DNA from: Naegleria gruberi
Taxonomy: Eukaryota
Assembly (NCBI GenBank): GCA_000004985.1
Contig: GG738872.1
Length of the DNA: 64,000 nt
Reading direction: 5' to 3' (one strand)
Shown here piece after piece: positions 30,854 through 41,799 of this stretch (position 1 is the stretch's first letter; each line of letters starts with the position of its first letter). A program made the position numbers and the translations under genes. The notes beneath the pieces are model-generated. The model ran no database searches. It was not told the origin of the DNA and saw nothing but the letters and a program-made list of their open reading frames with translations.

Positions 30854-33800
30854 TTACATGTAGAATTGTTGAGCACTGAGAGAATCGATACCACCACTTG
30901 GAACTCTAATGTGAGTGGTTGGGGAGTTACCTGATCGGCAGTACATCTTGCTGAGATACTTATTTCTGACATAGGTTTGTAAGGCTGGTTGATTGATATT
31001 ACTGTTTGGTTTAGTGTTTGGAGGAAGGCTCAATTCGAAATGTTCATTGGCAGTCTTGTTGCCAATAGCGTACAGGAATGTGAGTTGTTCTTTAGAAAGT
31101 TTAGCACCACCAACTGTCAAGCTTTCGAGTCTACCAGTCTTTAAGGTAAAGTGAGCCAATCTACATTGAGTACACAAAACTGTACCATAACCTAAGTGAG
31201 CCCATTGGACTTGGGTTGAGGAACAATCAGCACAACAATTGTTACCATCTTTTTTGAGAACATCTTCATTATTTGAAATTGGAGTGGATGGAATGCTCAA
31301 ACTTCTGTAGGTAAAAGCTTCATCAGGTTCAACATATTCGAAATTAGGATTAATCAAAACAGGAGCAGTTGGAGAAGATGGTGGTTGAACATAAGACTTT
31401 TGGAGTCCAAAGAATGATGGTGGAGTGGATTGAAGAGTAGGGATTGACCTCACATTACCAGCTTGGAGCTTGAATTGACCAACTTGAGAAACAAATCTGG
31501 ACAAGTTTGTGTAAACTTGATTGTACTTCAAGCTAATCTTCTTAATGTCATCAGAGAATTTGTTGGCTTCACTACACTTTTGAAGGCTGTGGGTTGCTGA
31601 CAAATACAAATCATAGGCATCACAAGTTACAGGAATGATGGAGCCCATCTTTGCAGATGGAGTCTTTTCAATCAAGATTGACTTTTGCAATTGCATTAAA
31701 CCGTCCAAAAGATCAATCAATTCAGAAACATCTTGCGATTCAATATTTGCTTTAAGAGCAAAGTTACTGCTAACGCTATTCTTGAGATTTTGCAAAATGT
31801 CACATCTCTTTTCCAACCAGGTACCATATTCAACAACGAATTTGGCAATCAATTGATTCTTTGGTTTCCATACTTCTTTCAGATCTTGAACAAGGCTCTT
31901 AATTTCGATAGGATCAACCTTATCTGGTAATGATTGAGCAATATGATGAAGTAAGATCATGGCCTTAACAGCAATATTTGGATCAACAAAGATTGGTCTT
32001 TCTCTAATGTATACCAAGTATTCAATCAAGGTGTTTTCATCACCTCTATTGAAAATTTCGTTACAAATCATTGAAATTTGACTTGGTCTAGATTGTCTTG
32101 GAGCAATAGTGGTCGATCTCATTACTACCATTCTACGTCCTTCACTATTCAAAGAAGATTGAGGTAAAAGAGGAGAAGTTGTGGCTGGTCTTTGAGGAGT
32201 TTGAGTGGTTGGAGAAAGTGCCAAATCAGAGAAGTTTTCACTCAAGCTACGTTTGTGAATATTGGCATTTTGAAGTTGGAGAACTTTTTGTGGTTGAGGA
32301 GTCATCAAAGTAGGAGGCTTGGCTTGTGGTACAGGTGAGCTGGCTTCTTGCCAATCAAGTTGAGAGAATAAATCTCCACCTCCAGAAGGTTGTGGTGGTT
32401 TTTGAGAAACTGGTTGAGTTTGAATTGGTGTTAATAACTTTTGGACTTTTTGTGGTTGAACCTTTGGGGTAGATGGTTGTTGGACAGGCGGAGTGCTCGA
32501 TGGAGCCTCAAAATCAGAGAAATCAGCATCCCAATTGTCATCTCCAAATGAATTTTGGAAACTTTCAGGTTGTTGGAAAACTGGTTTCTTGACAACAGCA
32601 GGTGATTGTGGAGTAGTGGTCTTTCTTGCAATGAATTGAGATTTTGGTTGTTGTTGAATTTGTTGAGTAACAACAGGTTGAGTTGGTTGTTGGGAAGGAG
32701 CATGTCCATCATTACTGAACCAGTCGAGTTGGGAGAACAAATCACCACCACCAGCACCTCCAGATTGAGGTTTTGGAGTGGTTGGCTTTGTCAAAACTGG
32801 TGAGCTCTTTGATTGAGTGTTTTGAGTCAAAATTGGTCTTTGTGTTGGTCTTGGCATTGAAATTTCTTTTCCGAGCAATTTACCAACTTTTTCAGTGATA
32901 TCAAAAACAGATGGTCTATCCTTAACAGCTGGAACAAGCATACTCTTAATTAAATCAATAATTGGTTGTGAGTAAACAGGAGATGGTGGAATTTTGTACT
33001 TGGCATTAATGACAGAAATTGAACTTTCGGCATCTTCGAAAGGTCCCTTGAAGAAACACAACTTGAACAAGACACAACCCAAGGCCCAGACGTCAGCCTT
33101 TTCAGTGATTGGATCACCACTATAAAGATCAGCCATTTCTGGAGCTCTGTAGGCCAAAGTTGTATTCTTTTGAATGTCCTCTTCAGCTTCTTGTTTTTCA
33201 GCTCTTGATGAGAGTGTATAAATTCTTGTGGTTGTTGATCCAAAGTCGCAAATCTTGTAGGTTCCGTTTGTACACAAAATATTTTCAACTTTCTAACAAT
33301 TACTATTAGAAATTGCAACAGTAAAATATAATTACTTACCAAGTCTCTGTGAATCATTGGTGGATTTTGGGAGTGCATGTGAGCAACACCTTTACAAACA
33401 TCAAAGAAGATGTTCAAAATTTCTTGTTCCGAGAATTTGGATCTTTGGTTAAGTCTTTCTTCCATCATACCGACAACTTCGGAATCAGCAAGTTCCATAA
33501 GAATATAAATTTCGTTAGTTCTATTGTTTTGAATTTCCTTGACGCCAATGAGTTTGACAACATTTTCGTGATTGTTCAATTTCTTCATTACGTCAATTTC
33601 CTTCTTTGCTTGTACACTTTGTGAAGAATCTTGGATTAATAAACGCTTGAGAGCATAGTCAACTCCGGTTTGAATATTCTTCACTATAAAAACAAAGGAA
33701 AAACCACCTTCTCCCAATAATTTGGTAATTTTATAGGTTTCTCCGTTAATTTCAATTGTCTTTGGAACATCAACAGGCAAATTAGAAAAAACTCCACTAT

Positions 33801-33942
33801 CTTCAACTAAATCCTCTCCAAAATTTAATGCTGATGTTGGTAAATTGGAAACAGCGTGATGACGAACTTTTTCTACAGCATCTTCCATTCTATTCAGACC
33901 AGCATTAGCAAGCTGCTTGGTCTTGTTCAAAAATCCTTGCAT
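30854..33942 (-). CDS. NAK-family (AAK1/GAK/Ark-Prk-like) Ser/Thr kinase fused to a Q/P-rich linker, an ANTH/ENTH-like helical region and a C-terminal ArfGAP zinc finger. Two exons with intron 33293-33339. About 1013 aa.
   Basis: Exon 1 has LGEGGFSFVFIV...YALKRL...HRDL. A 47-nt GTAAGT intron in phase 0 continues as KVENILCTNGTYKICDFGSTT (HRDLKxEN and CDFGS are NAK hallmarks). The C-terminus NNCCADCSSTQVQWAHLGYGTVLCTQCRLAHFTL...GNKTANEHFE is an ArfGAP CxxC-x16-CxxC finger. GGGDLFSQLDW occurs twice in the linker. Confidence 0.75.
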
Positions 33943-34276
33943 GGTGTGATGATGAAGGTTTAGATGTATTTTTTTAAAAATAAAATTGTTGGGTGATTTT
34001 TAAATGATCCACGTAACGTTTTTGTTCTCTTGCTCCGTATTTGTTTCACTCTCATCAAAAAGCTGTCCGTACAGGAAATTCGACAACGGCTAATTGAGAG
34101 ATTGAACAATAAGGGTTTTTGAGACCTTTGAGGAATGGGTAATAGTCTAGAGTAAGGAAAACTTTCAATTTTTTCTTAAGTTTAATCGAAAAAAATCATC
34201 TAAGAAGGGTGTTGAATAACATCATCACAACTAGTTAAAAATCAAATTGTATATTATTTAAAGAGAGGAATCGGAA

Positions 34277-35245
34277 ATGGGAAATCATGTTTCAATAGAT
34301 GAGAAACCACAAACAATAGAGGACTTGTTTAAGGACTATCCCTACAGGGAACAAAACTTCTTCTCTTCTAATATCAAAATTTGGAAGTTTGAGGAATCAT
34401 CATCTGATCAGTGTGTTGTGAGTCCTCTCAATTTTACTATGGAATTTTCATCTTTCAATCCTCATCATTGCTATGTTGTTTTACATACATTTAATAAGGG
34501 TGAAGAATTTCAGAATCAGGATAATCAAAGAAAGGCCATCAAATTAACAAGTCATTCACTTCTTCAGTTAGCAGCATCCACAGTTAATTTGACTCTCCCT
34601 GGATTGGAAAATAGGTTTTGTGTGAATGATTTGCAGAATTTCTTCTTTTCGAAATGTTCTAATATTGGATTTAGAGAAAAACTTACACTTCTTGGGGAGA
34701 GCTTGAACGGATTTTCATATTGTGTCTATGTGTGGCATGGTAAGAATGCTTCAACCTTCCTTCAATCTTCATCGACCACAGCAGGATTGGACCTGGATAG
34801 AAAGCTCTTACTCAATGAAAAGGTTGTGAGAAGGGCATTCAGTTGTGGAGAGCCGTCATCCATTTGTAATTACTATCACAATGATATACCTTCCTTTACT
34901 TCTGAGAGCATTCTAGAAATCAAGAAAACAAGCTCAAGCTCGTTAGCCATTTGTATGACACTGTTTCAGTATTGCCATTTATTTAGACAGTTGATTCATA
35001 ATCCAGAGACTATTTCACAATTGCCAGATAATGTTGGAAGTAAGGATGTTGCATTCAGAGCTCTTCTCCAACTTCCACCAACTGTAGAAATCACTTCTAG
35101 TTTTCAACCAGCTGAGCAAGAGAACCAGATTCACGATAATGACATTCCAGAATATATGGCATCTCCAGCAGCTTCTCCTATTGGTTCAGAGGAGAGTGAT
35201 TCCTACCATACATCGGATGAAAGTACAGAATATTTTGATGAATAA
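34277..35245 (+). CDS. Hypothetical protein with a predicted N-myristoylation site (MGNHVS), 322 aa.
   Basis: ATG-Gly start with Ser at position 6. Acidic C-terminus. No recognisable domain. Confidence 0.4.
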   Translation: MGNHVSIDEKPQTIEDLFKDYPYREQNFFSSNIKIWKFEESSSDQCVVSPLNFTMEFSSFNPHHCYVVLHTFNKGEEFQNQDNQRKAIKLTSHSLLQLAASTVNLTLPGLENRFCVNDLQNFFFSKCSNIGFREKLTLLGESLNGFSYCVYVWHGKNASTFLQSSSTTAGLDLDRKLLLNEKVVRRAFSCGEPSSICNYYHNDIPSFTSESILEIKKTSSSSLAICMTLFQYCHLFRQLIHNPETISQLPDNVGSKDVAFRALLQLPPTVEITSSFQPAEQENQIHDNDIPEYMASPAASPIGSEESDSYHTSDESTEYFDE

Positions 35246-35531
35246 ACAATGAAATTCGTTACCCAAACTCCAAATAATGAAAAAAGTTTGTGAGGGACTC
35301 GTTCAGGTAGTAGTATCGTCAACTTTGATACCCTACCGCTTAAATCCTTCAAATGATTAAGAAGATTTCTAAAGGCTACATAGACAGGTTATCAGAGTAC
35401 ACTTACTTCTACGTGCTCTCTGATTTAAGCAAGCTGTCCAGCCATTTACCATATAACTGTGCCTATAGTTTAAGCAAAAAATCATATTATCTAAACAAAA
35501 AATCTTTTTGAATTTATGGTTTGAAATTTAT

Positions 35532-36695
35532 TTACACAGACAACTTGATGAGTTTACCAGATGTTTTGAAACGAAGTTTCAAAAGACGAGAGTAAGAATT
35601 AGATTCATCACCAATGTAACCAGCATAGGTTGGTGTAAATATTTCAGCAGCATCTCCACCAAATGAGGTTGGATAATTCTTTCTAGAAGTGAGTGAAGAA
35701 TATTGGGTAACAGTGTGATATGTTTGACTGATGGCACTGGTATCCAAGTTTGGTGATTGAATTTGAAGTTCTCCTACAAAATCATCCTTTCCTAATGTAA
35801 CATCAATATCTGATTCCACAGTACCAACTTCAAGAACCTTAGCACCCTTGATACCATTGTGAACTTGCTTCTTCTTGTTAGCAATAAGTGTGACATTTCC
35901 TGAAGAGCCCAACATTTGAATATTTGAACCTTCCAAAGCTCCCTTAGAAGTATATAATTTCAAAGAAACAGCAGAGCTCAAATCCTTGTAATAAATATCA
36001 CCTGTTGTTGAAGTGACAAAGATAGCAGCAAAGATATTTGATAAGTAAATTTGACCTTTTCTTCCACTGACAACAAATTGACCTGCTTGGATTTGTGTCA
36101 TATTCAAGAGATTAGTTCCTCCCATAATAGTCAATGCCTTAATTGATAACATTGTAGAATTTGTTAAGCTTGGATCTGGACCGATATAAAAATTGTTGGC
36201 ATAAACGCTAGCTTGCATACTAATTGTTGTCAAAGTAGCTGGAATTCTAATAATTCTCGAAACAAAGTAACAATTTGTAAAATCAGTAGATGGAATCTTT
36301 GATGAGATTGTAATATAATCGGAACCATTTGTTGTAAGATACACTGAATTATTAATATTAGTATAGGTCTTATCTAAAAGTGAGGTTCTTTCAAAGGTGA
36401 CTTCAATTTTGTTCTTTAAAGATGGATCAAAGTAGATTGATGTCTTGGTGTCACCAGTTATATAAATTGTACTCAGTGTACTAGTATTGTATTGGAGAGT
36501 AAAACTCTGAGTGTCTCCGTATGGAAGAGTTTTCGAGCAAGAGTCATTATTCTTTGCTGAGAATGAACCAACAATGATACCTGCTACAGTAAATAGGAAA
36601 AGAATGCTCAATATGCAAATAACTGCAAGAACATCCGAAAAGGAACAATCAATTGTTTTTGTGGGTATAAAAGCTTGTGTTTCTTCCTTAGCCAT
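35532..36695 (-). CDS. Type II (signal-anchor) membrane protein with an S/T/N-rich, probably glycosylated extracytoplasmic domain.
   Basis: ATG at 36695 (MAKEETQAFIPTK...) followed by the TM helix VLAVICILSILFLFTVAGIIVGSF. Many N-x-S/T sequons. The ORF-track start at 36776 is a TTG. Confidence 0.4.
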   Translation of the reverse strand: MAKEETQAFIPTKTIDCSFSDVLAVICILSILFLFTVAGIIVGSFSAKNNDSCSKTLPYGDTQSFTLQYNTSTLSTIYITGDTKTSIYFDPSLKNKIEVTFERTSLLDKTYTNINNSVYLTTNGSDYITISSKIPSTDFTNCYFVSRIIRIPATLTTISMQASVYANNFYIGPDPSLTNSTMLSIKALTIMGGTNLLNMTQIQAGQFVVSGRKGQIYLSNIFAAIFVTSTTGDIYYKDLSSAVSLKLYTSKGALEGSNIQMLGSSGNVTLIANKKKQVHNGIKGAKVLEVGTVESDIDVTLGKDDFVGELQIQSPNLDTSAISQTYHTVTQYSSLTSRKNYPTSFGGDAAEIFTPTYAGYIGDESNSYSRLLKLRFKTSGKLIKLSV

Positions 36696-37223
36696 TCTTG
36701 TTATTCTTGTTGTATATACAATTTTAGTTATTGATGAAGATGAATTTAAAAGCAATAAAAATAGGAGATGAAACAATGTGTATTGATGGTAGTGTCTCTA
36801 TGCAAAATACCAAGTGTATTGTTTCCGATTGAATTGATGTTGTTATTCTTTTTTTAAAGAAGTTGTTGGAGTTTTATGATTTAATTGTCCACCTTTTTCA
36901 AGGCTCATCAAATGAGCGCCAAGAGATTGAAGCATTAATTGTAGCGTCCTTTTAACGCACATTTCAACAACTATATTTAAGCGCTTGGGCCAAGTTGAAC
37001 AAATCTCAACTGTGACTGCCACAAGCGGAGAGTGGTGTTTTTAATATTCTGATTAACTGCGTCTGGAATTGATTATCGAGTAAGGAATATTTTATGAGCT
37101 TCCAATAAGTCTTATGAAAATTCTTTCCAACTTGTAAAAATCAAGGAATAAAATATCATTGAAACAATCTTTCTTCAAATTAGCTAATAATGTTACGTAT
37201 TCCAAAGAAAACAACAAAACAAT

Positions 37224-37297
37224 TACCGACAATGGGGCTCGAACCCACGACCCCAGGATTAGAAGTCCTGTGCTCTATCCAACTGAGCTATGACGGC
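37224..37297 (-). tRNA. tRNA-Arg (anticodon TCT).
   Basis: Minus-strand sequence GCCGTCATAGCTCAGTTGGATAGAGCACAGGACTTCTAATCCTGGGGTCGTGGGTTCGAGCCCCATTGTCGGTA with anticodon loop CTTCTAA. There is one T-T mismatch in the acceptor stem. A T-run lies downstream on the minus strand. Confidence 0.8.
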
Positions 37298-37411
37298 TTA
37301 CATTCACTTTGAAATTCTTCTTAATATCCATTTCCAACAATCACTGGCTTTAATTAAAATACTGTTTCAATGTTGTCGAAATGAAATAATCGCTTACGTA
37401 CAAAAATTCTT

Positions 37412-39730
37412 CTATTTATTTGTTGACTGTGGTCTAGAAGAAGATGATGTTTGTGGTCTAACTGGAGCTGATGCCTGCCTTGGTCTTGTTGAGGTTGTTG
37501 AATTTACGCTAGGCCTTCTTGTGGTTCTTGTTGAGGATGGTGCTCCTGTTGACGTTGAATTACTTCTTGCAGTGCTTGGTTCAGGATTCAATTCTTCAGT
37601 TAATCGTTGGATTCTTCTTACTAGAGAGTATAACTCCTTTTCTGAGGAAGCACTTTTTTGTTTTTCCTTATTATAGTTATTCTCCTCTTGTTGTAATTGT
37701 TCTAAAAGTGGTGCGGTTTCGTTAGACAATAATTTCAATTGATCGGTCACTTCCTTATCAAGAGCAATTTTTGTTCTTCTCAAATCTTCCACCTTTCTTC
37801 TTTCTGATTCTGTTTTCTCGTCCATTTCTCTAAGTTGTTCGACAAACAAGTCTTCTTCGTCTCCAAATCGTTCAACTAGGAAACGGTACTTTTTTTCTGT
37901 TTCAAAGGTTTCTGCTTTTTTGGATTCTAGCTCATCTTGCAAGCTTTCTAAATGTGCTTGACTGTTATGTCTTACCCTGGAAAGAGACGTCTCAGACTCT
38001 TCCAATTCTTTGTACAATACAACTTCCTCCTCTTTTTCTTGAGTGAGGCTGTCATTTACCTCGATTAATCTTTGTTCTGTATCTTGAAGCTCCTCAATCT
38101 TTTTCTTTAGTCTGTCAACCTCAGATGATTTTAGGAGCTTGTCATTTCTCTTTAGTGCCTCTGAAATGAAACTAAAGCTCTTGTAACTAAAGTCATTGAA
38201 AGAAAAGTCCATTGAGGTCAAACTAAAATTCTTTCTCATTGCTTCTGCAATTTGCTCTCCAGATTCCTTCAACTCATTTTGTTTCAAATTCAAGGTTTTT
38301 AGTGATCGGTTTGTTGCCAACACTCTTGCAATTTCTACTCCTGCCCTATCTCCAATACGATTGAATGACAAATCCAAGTGTTTCAGTTTTGTTCCATCAG
38401 TGAGACCTATCATAATTCTCTTTGTACCAGAGTCTTTGATAAGGTTATTGTTCAGGAAAAGAGTTTTAAGAGTTTTGTTTAAAGCCATAACCTTTCCGAT
38501 TTCTTTTGCTCCTTCATCTCCAATAGCATTCTCTCCTAGGAAGAGCTTCTTCAAAGTTTTGTTAATTTCCAATAATTGTGCAAACTCTTCGGCTCCCTTA
38601 TCACCAAACTCATTGCACTCAATTTTTAAAGTTTTCAAGCATTTGTCAATTTTTAACATTTCACATATCGAAAGAACACCTTCATGAGAAATCTTATTTT
38701 CTGTCAAATCCCAATAGGTAAGCGTGGGGGTTAACATGTTTTTCATCTTATCACACATTATGGAAACACCCTTGTCACCAATTTGATTCCTCTCCATAAT
38801 CAACTTTTGCAGGTTGGTGCTATCAAGAACTTTTGCCAAAAATTCACAACCAGCACTTCCAATATTGTTGGAGGAGATATCTAATTCAGTTAAAGAAAAA
38901 TTATCCACTAATCCTCTACAAAGAATTCTTATACCATCGCTTCCCATACCATTACTTGCCAAATTAAGTTGGCACAATGTTTGATTTTGTTGAAGTAACT
39001 CGCTTAAGTGCTTAGCACCTTTGGTGCTGATGTGATTTCTGTTGATACCACTCAAGCCAGATAAATCCAGACTTGTTAATGTTTGATTGAATAAAAGAGC
39101 ATTGAATAAGGCCTTTGCTCCTTTTCCTCCAACATCATTAGATCTTAAATCTAATCTAACAATGGATGTATTATTTTCCAGAAGGGGTGCAAGTTCAATA
39201 CATCCAGTATCTCTCAATCTATTACCACATAAATCCACAATTGTGTAGGTGTTGTTTTTGGACAGAATTTTTGTGAGTGATTTTGCTGCCTCGTCACCCA
39301 GTCCATGCTCCTTCAAGGAGAATAGTAATCCACTACAATTCTTTTGAATCAAATCAACAAATCTATCCTCTCTTTCTTGAATATACTGTAAATTTTGGTC
39401 TGCACACTTTGCTCTAAACAGATCCTTAATATCCTCATATGTCAAGGATATTTTCTGTTCTTCATCCACCTCAAGTAAGTTTTTTTCAATTAGCTCTTCT
39501 GCTGAAGTATAACTTGCAGCTAATATCAATCCCGAAGGAATATTTTTTTGTACCTTAATTTTTTGAACAGCTTCTTTATCTTTAGGCGTTAAGGGAGTAT
39601 TCTTTGTTTTTGTTGGTGTATGATCCGAGGAGACAAAAGTAGAAGCAACACCTCTTCTAGAAGATGGTGTGCTTGGAGATTTTGGTGAAGGAGAGTTAGG
39701 TGATACACCTCTCGAAGTACTTTGGCTCAT
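37412..39730 (-). CDS. RNI-type (ribonuclease-inhibitor-like) leucine-rich repeat protein with a C-terminal coiled coil and S/T/P-rich termini (LRRC45-like architecture), 772 aa.
   Basis: Roughly 12 tandem 28-29-residue LRRs (LDLSGN.IGD.GA..LA..L..N..L) between residues 150 and 520. Then a heptad-rich region (EELQDTEQRLIEVNDSLTQEKEE...). ATG start. Confidence 0.55.
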   Translation of the reverse strand: MSQSTSRGVSPNSPSPKSPSTPSSRRGVASTFVSSDHTPTKTKNTPLTPKDKEAVQKIKVQKNIPSGLILAASYTSAEELIEKNLLEVDEEQKISLTYEDIKDLFRAKCADQNLQYIQEREDRFVDLIQKNCSGLLFSLKEHGLGDEAAKSLTKILSKNNTYTIVDLCGNRLRDTGCIELAPLLENNTSIVRLDLRSNDVGGKGAKALFNALLFNQTLTSLDLSGLSGINRNHISTKGAKHLSELLQQNQTLCQLNLASNGMGSDGIRILCRGLVDNFSLTELDISSNNIGSAGCEFLAKVLDSTNLQKLIMERNQIGDKGVSIMCDKMKNMLTPTLTYWDLTENKISHEGVLSICEMLKIDKCLKTLKIECNEFGDKGAEEFAQLLEINKTLKKLFLGENAIGDEGAKEIGKVMALNKTLKTLFLNNNLIKDSGTKRIMIGLTDGTKLKHLDLSFNRIGDRAGVEIARVLATNRSLKTLNLKQNELKESGEQIAEAMRKNFSLTSMDFSFNDFSYKSFSFISEALKRNDKLLKSSEVDRLKKKIEELQDTEQRLIEVNDSLTQEKEEEVVLYKELEESETSLSRVRHNSQAHLESLQDELESKKAETFETEKKYRFLVERFGDEEDLFVEQLREMDEKTESERRKVEDLRRTKIALDKEVTDQLKLLSNETAPLLEQLQQEENNYNKEKQKSASSEKELYSLVRRIQRLTEELNPEPSTARSNSTSTGAPSSTRTTRRPSVNSTTSTRPRQASAPVRPQTSSSSRPQSTNK

Positions 39731-39969
39731 TTTTTTTGTTATTGGCCGAACTGTAAATTATTATGCGGGAATGTTGGTGTTGAAAGAAGAATAAAAAATG
39801 TCTGATGAAGAGGTGGAGATACAAGTTGTTGACTACGACGAAACCCTGAAGGAAAAAATTGCGGAAGAACAATTGATCAATGAAAGATTAAAGGAAGCTT
39901 CAACAAAATTAGAAGTTGTGAAGAAAGTTTGGGGCACTTGTAAGTTGTTTACTTGATTATCTTGTTCCG

Positions 39970-40647
39970 ATGGTAATAATGATGATAGTCAACACTGATC
40001 AAATGATTTTATTTTCTAATTTTCTAAATTCAAAATTAATTTACAAGGAGGCTAATTATGTTCGTAAGAGGATTGTCATTGGAAATACATCTCAATTTAT
40101 TCCACAAAAATTTAGAGGTGATGATTATACACACAAATGGACAGTTTATGTGAGAGGTTCGAAAGAAGAACCAGATATTAGTAGTTTCGTAAAAAAGGCT
40201 AGAATAACTATTGACCCTTCATTTGCTCCAAATGATGTAATTGATGTACATCATCCTCCTTTTCACTTGTCAAGAAGAGGTTATGGAGAGTTTCAAGTTA
40301 TTATTCAACTTCATTTTAAAGGAAATACTGATATTAACAAACCTTTGGAAATTGTACATAACTTACGTTTAGATAAAGCCAAGACTGGTAAAATTGTGAA
40401 TGCTACTGAAACTATTGCTGATATTGAATTGGATAAACAAGCTTTAGCCGAAACAGACACTTTCACTGAGGCTCAAGAAAAAAAAGTTAAACAAAGGCTT
40501 ACTATCAACTCTGATGATGAATTTGCTGATGATGAAGTTGTTCATGTCAAAGCCAAAACAAAACCACCTTCAAAAAAGAAGAAACGATCAACTGGAGCAG
40601 AGGCAGTTGATGAAAATTCTGTAAGTAGTAATTCAAGGTTTATTTGA
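39970..40647 (+). CDS. YEATS-domain protein (Yaf9/GAS41-like). The start is probably ATG at 39970 followed at once by a 75-nt intron (39973-40047). The 3' end may continue through further short introns.
   Basis: Exon 2 encodes RKRIVIGNTSQFIPQKFRGDDYTHKWTVYVRGSKEEPDISSFVKKARITIDPSF...GYGEFQVIIQLHFKGN, which aligns closely with the GAS41 YEATS domain. GTAATA donor after the ATG, acceptor ...TTTACAAG. GTAAGT motifs at 40621 and about 40751 suggest extra 3' exons. Confidence 0.6.
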   Translation: MVIMMIVNTDQMILFSNFLNSKLIYKEANYVRKRIVIGNTSQFIPQKFRGDDYTHKWTVYVRGSKEEPDISSFVKKARITIDPSFAPNDVIDVHHPPFHLSRRGYGEFQVIIQLHFKGNTDINKPLEIVHNLRLDKAKTGKIVNATETIADIELDKQALAETDTFTEAQEKKVKQRLTINSDDEFADDEVVHVKAKTKPPSKKKKRSTGAEAVDENSVSSNSRFI

Positions 40648-40809
40648 TATATTTGTGTAGAACTAGATCAATAATGAAATATTATCATCTTATAATTTCT
40701 TTATACCAGATACACCCTTTCCTCCAATTAGTTCTGATCCTGATGTACTCAGTAAGTTTTCGCCATCATCAATAGTAATATTTATAAATGTTAAGCCTAT
40801 CCAACGACA

Positions 40810-41628
40810 TTGTTTAAGAGTTTGACAATAGAGGAAATTCAAGTCAGAGAGACCTGCCAAATGTTTCCGATCATCAAAGAGTCGAATATGGAACTTCCTT
40901 ATTTATCAGCAACCGAATCAACATTTACCAAATGGACCTTAGGGAAAAGGTTAGCAGCTGAAAAATTACGAGCTCTACATGTTAAACGATACCTTTTGGA
41001 AAAAGATTCGAATTTCTCCTTGACAACCTCCAATATTTTTAAATTATGTAGATGTACTGGTCTATCACCAATTGTAAATAATCAAACCGAAATAGATTTA
41101 AATGAAAAGGATCAAGTGATTGAGAGCCCTAGGTTTTGTAAATATTGTGGCTCTCATCATCAACAAAATGATTTCGATCATCTTCAAGACAGATGTAGAA
41201 AGAGAATGAAAATACCTTCATCTACAAACCATTTAGCCAACTCGTGTACTCACTCGCTAGAGGAAATCCTAAGTAGAGAAGATTCTCATACACCATGTAA
41301 TATTTGCTTATCCTCACAAAGTGGTCAACAAGTGGATTTTAGCGAAGATATTGGAATAACTTCAATTTTAGATGAATGTGGATTTAAACTTCAGGATAAG
41401 GATTGTGAAAATCTATTTAATGGATTGTTTAAAAAGTTTGCTTCCAACCTACTTTCTCACTCCGTCTCAATTTATAAGGAACAATCAACACATGAAACAT
41501 TTAAAGAAAAGGAGGGCAAAGTTCTAGTTCCCTATCATATCTATCAAGCTATCATTGATTGTGACCAGTTTGATTTTCTAAGAAATAACCTTAAAACTGA
41601 TCAGAACAATAAAAGAAAGAGGCCATAA
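40810..41628 (+). CDS. Hypothetical Cys/His-containing protein. It may be a separate gene or the 3' exons of the YEATS gene.
   Basis: Long ORF with a TTG at its 5' end (first in-frame ATG near 40858). Contains CKYCGSHHQQNDFDHLQDRCRKR and TPCNICLSSQSG and ends in a basic KRKRP tail (NLS-like). Confidence 0.3.
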   Translation: MFKSLTIEEIQVRETCQMFPIIKESNMELPYLSATESTFTKWTLGKRLAAEKLRALHVKRYLLEKDSNFSLTTSNIFKLCRCTGLSPIVNNQTEIDLNEKDQVIESPRFCKYCGSHHQQNDFDHLQDRCRKRMKIPSSTNHLANSCTHSLEEILSREDSHTPCNICLSSQSGQQVDFSEDIGITSILDECGFKLQDKDCENLFNGLFKKFASNLLSHSVSIYKEQSTHETFKEKEGKVLVPYHIYQAIIDCDQFDFLRNNLKTDQNNKRKRP

Positions 41629-41799
41629 GGTCTGTTATATGGATAACAAGTGTTTTGATGTTGTATTTTTAGAATTTCTGTATTCAATTGACTAAAATGA
41701 TTGTCAGCAAAGCTGTATGTCACAATCCAGTGAATTGGTGCTGTGAGGATTGTTGTACAATTATACGGTAAGATAATAGCGCCACACAATCCAAAAAAA

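Noticed and set aside
35246-35531. Candidate C/D-box snoRNA in the intergenic region after the myristoylated-protein gene
   Set aside because: There is no proper C box (RUGAUGA) and D box (CUGA) pair with a terminal stem; only partial matches.
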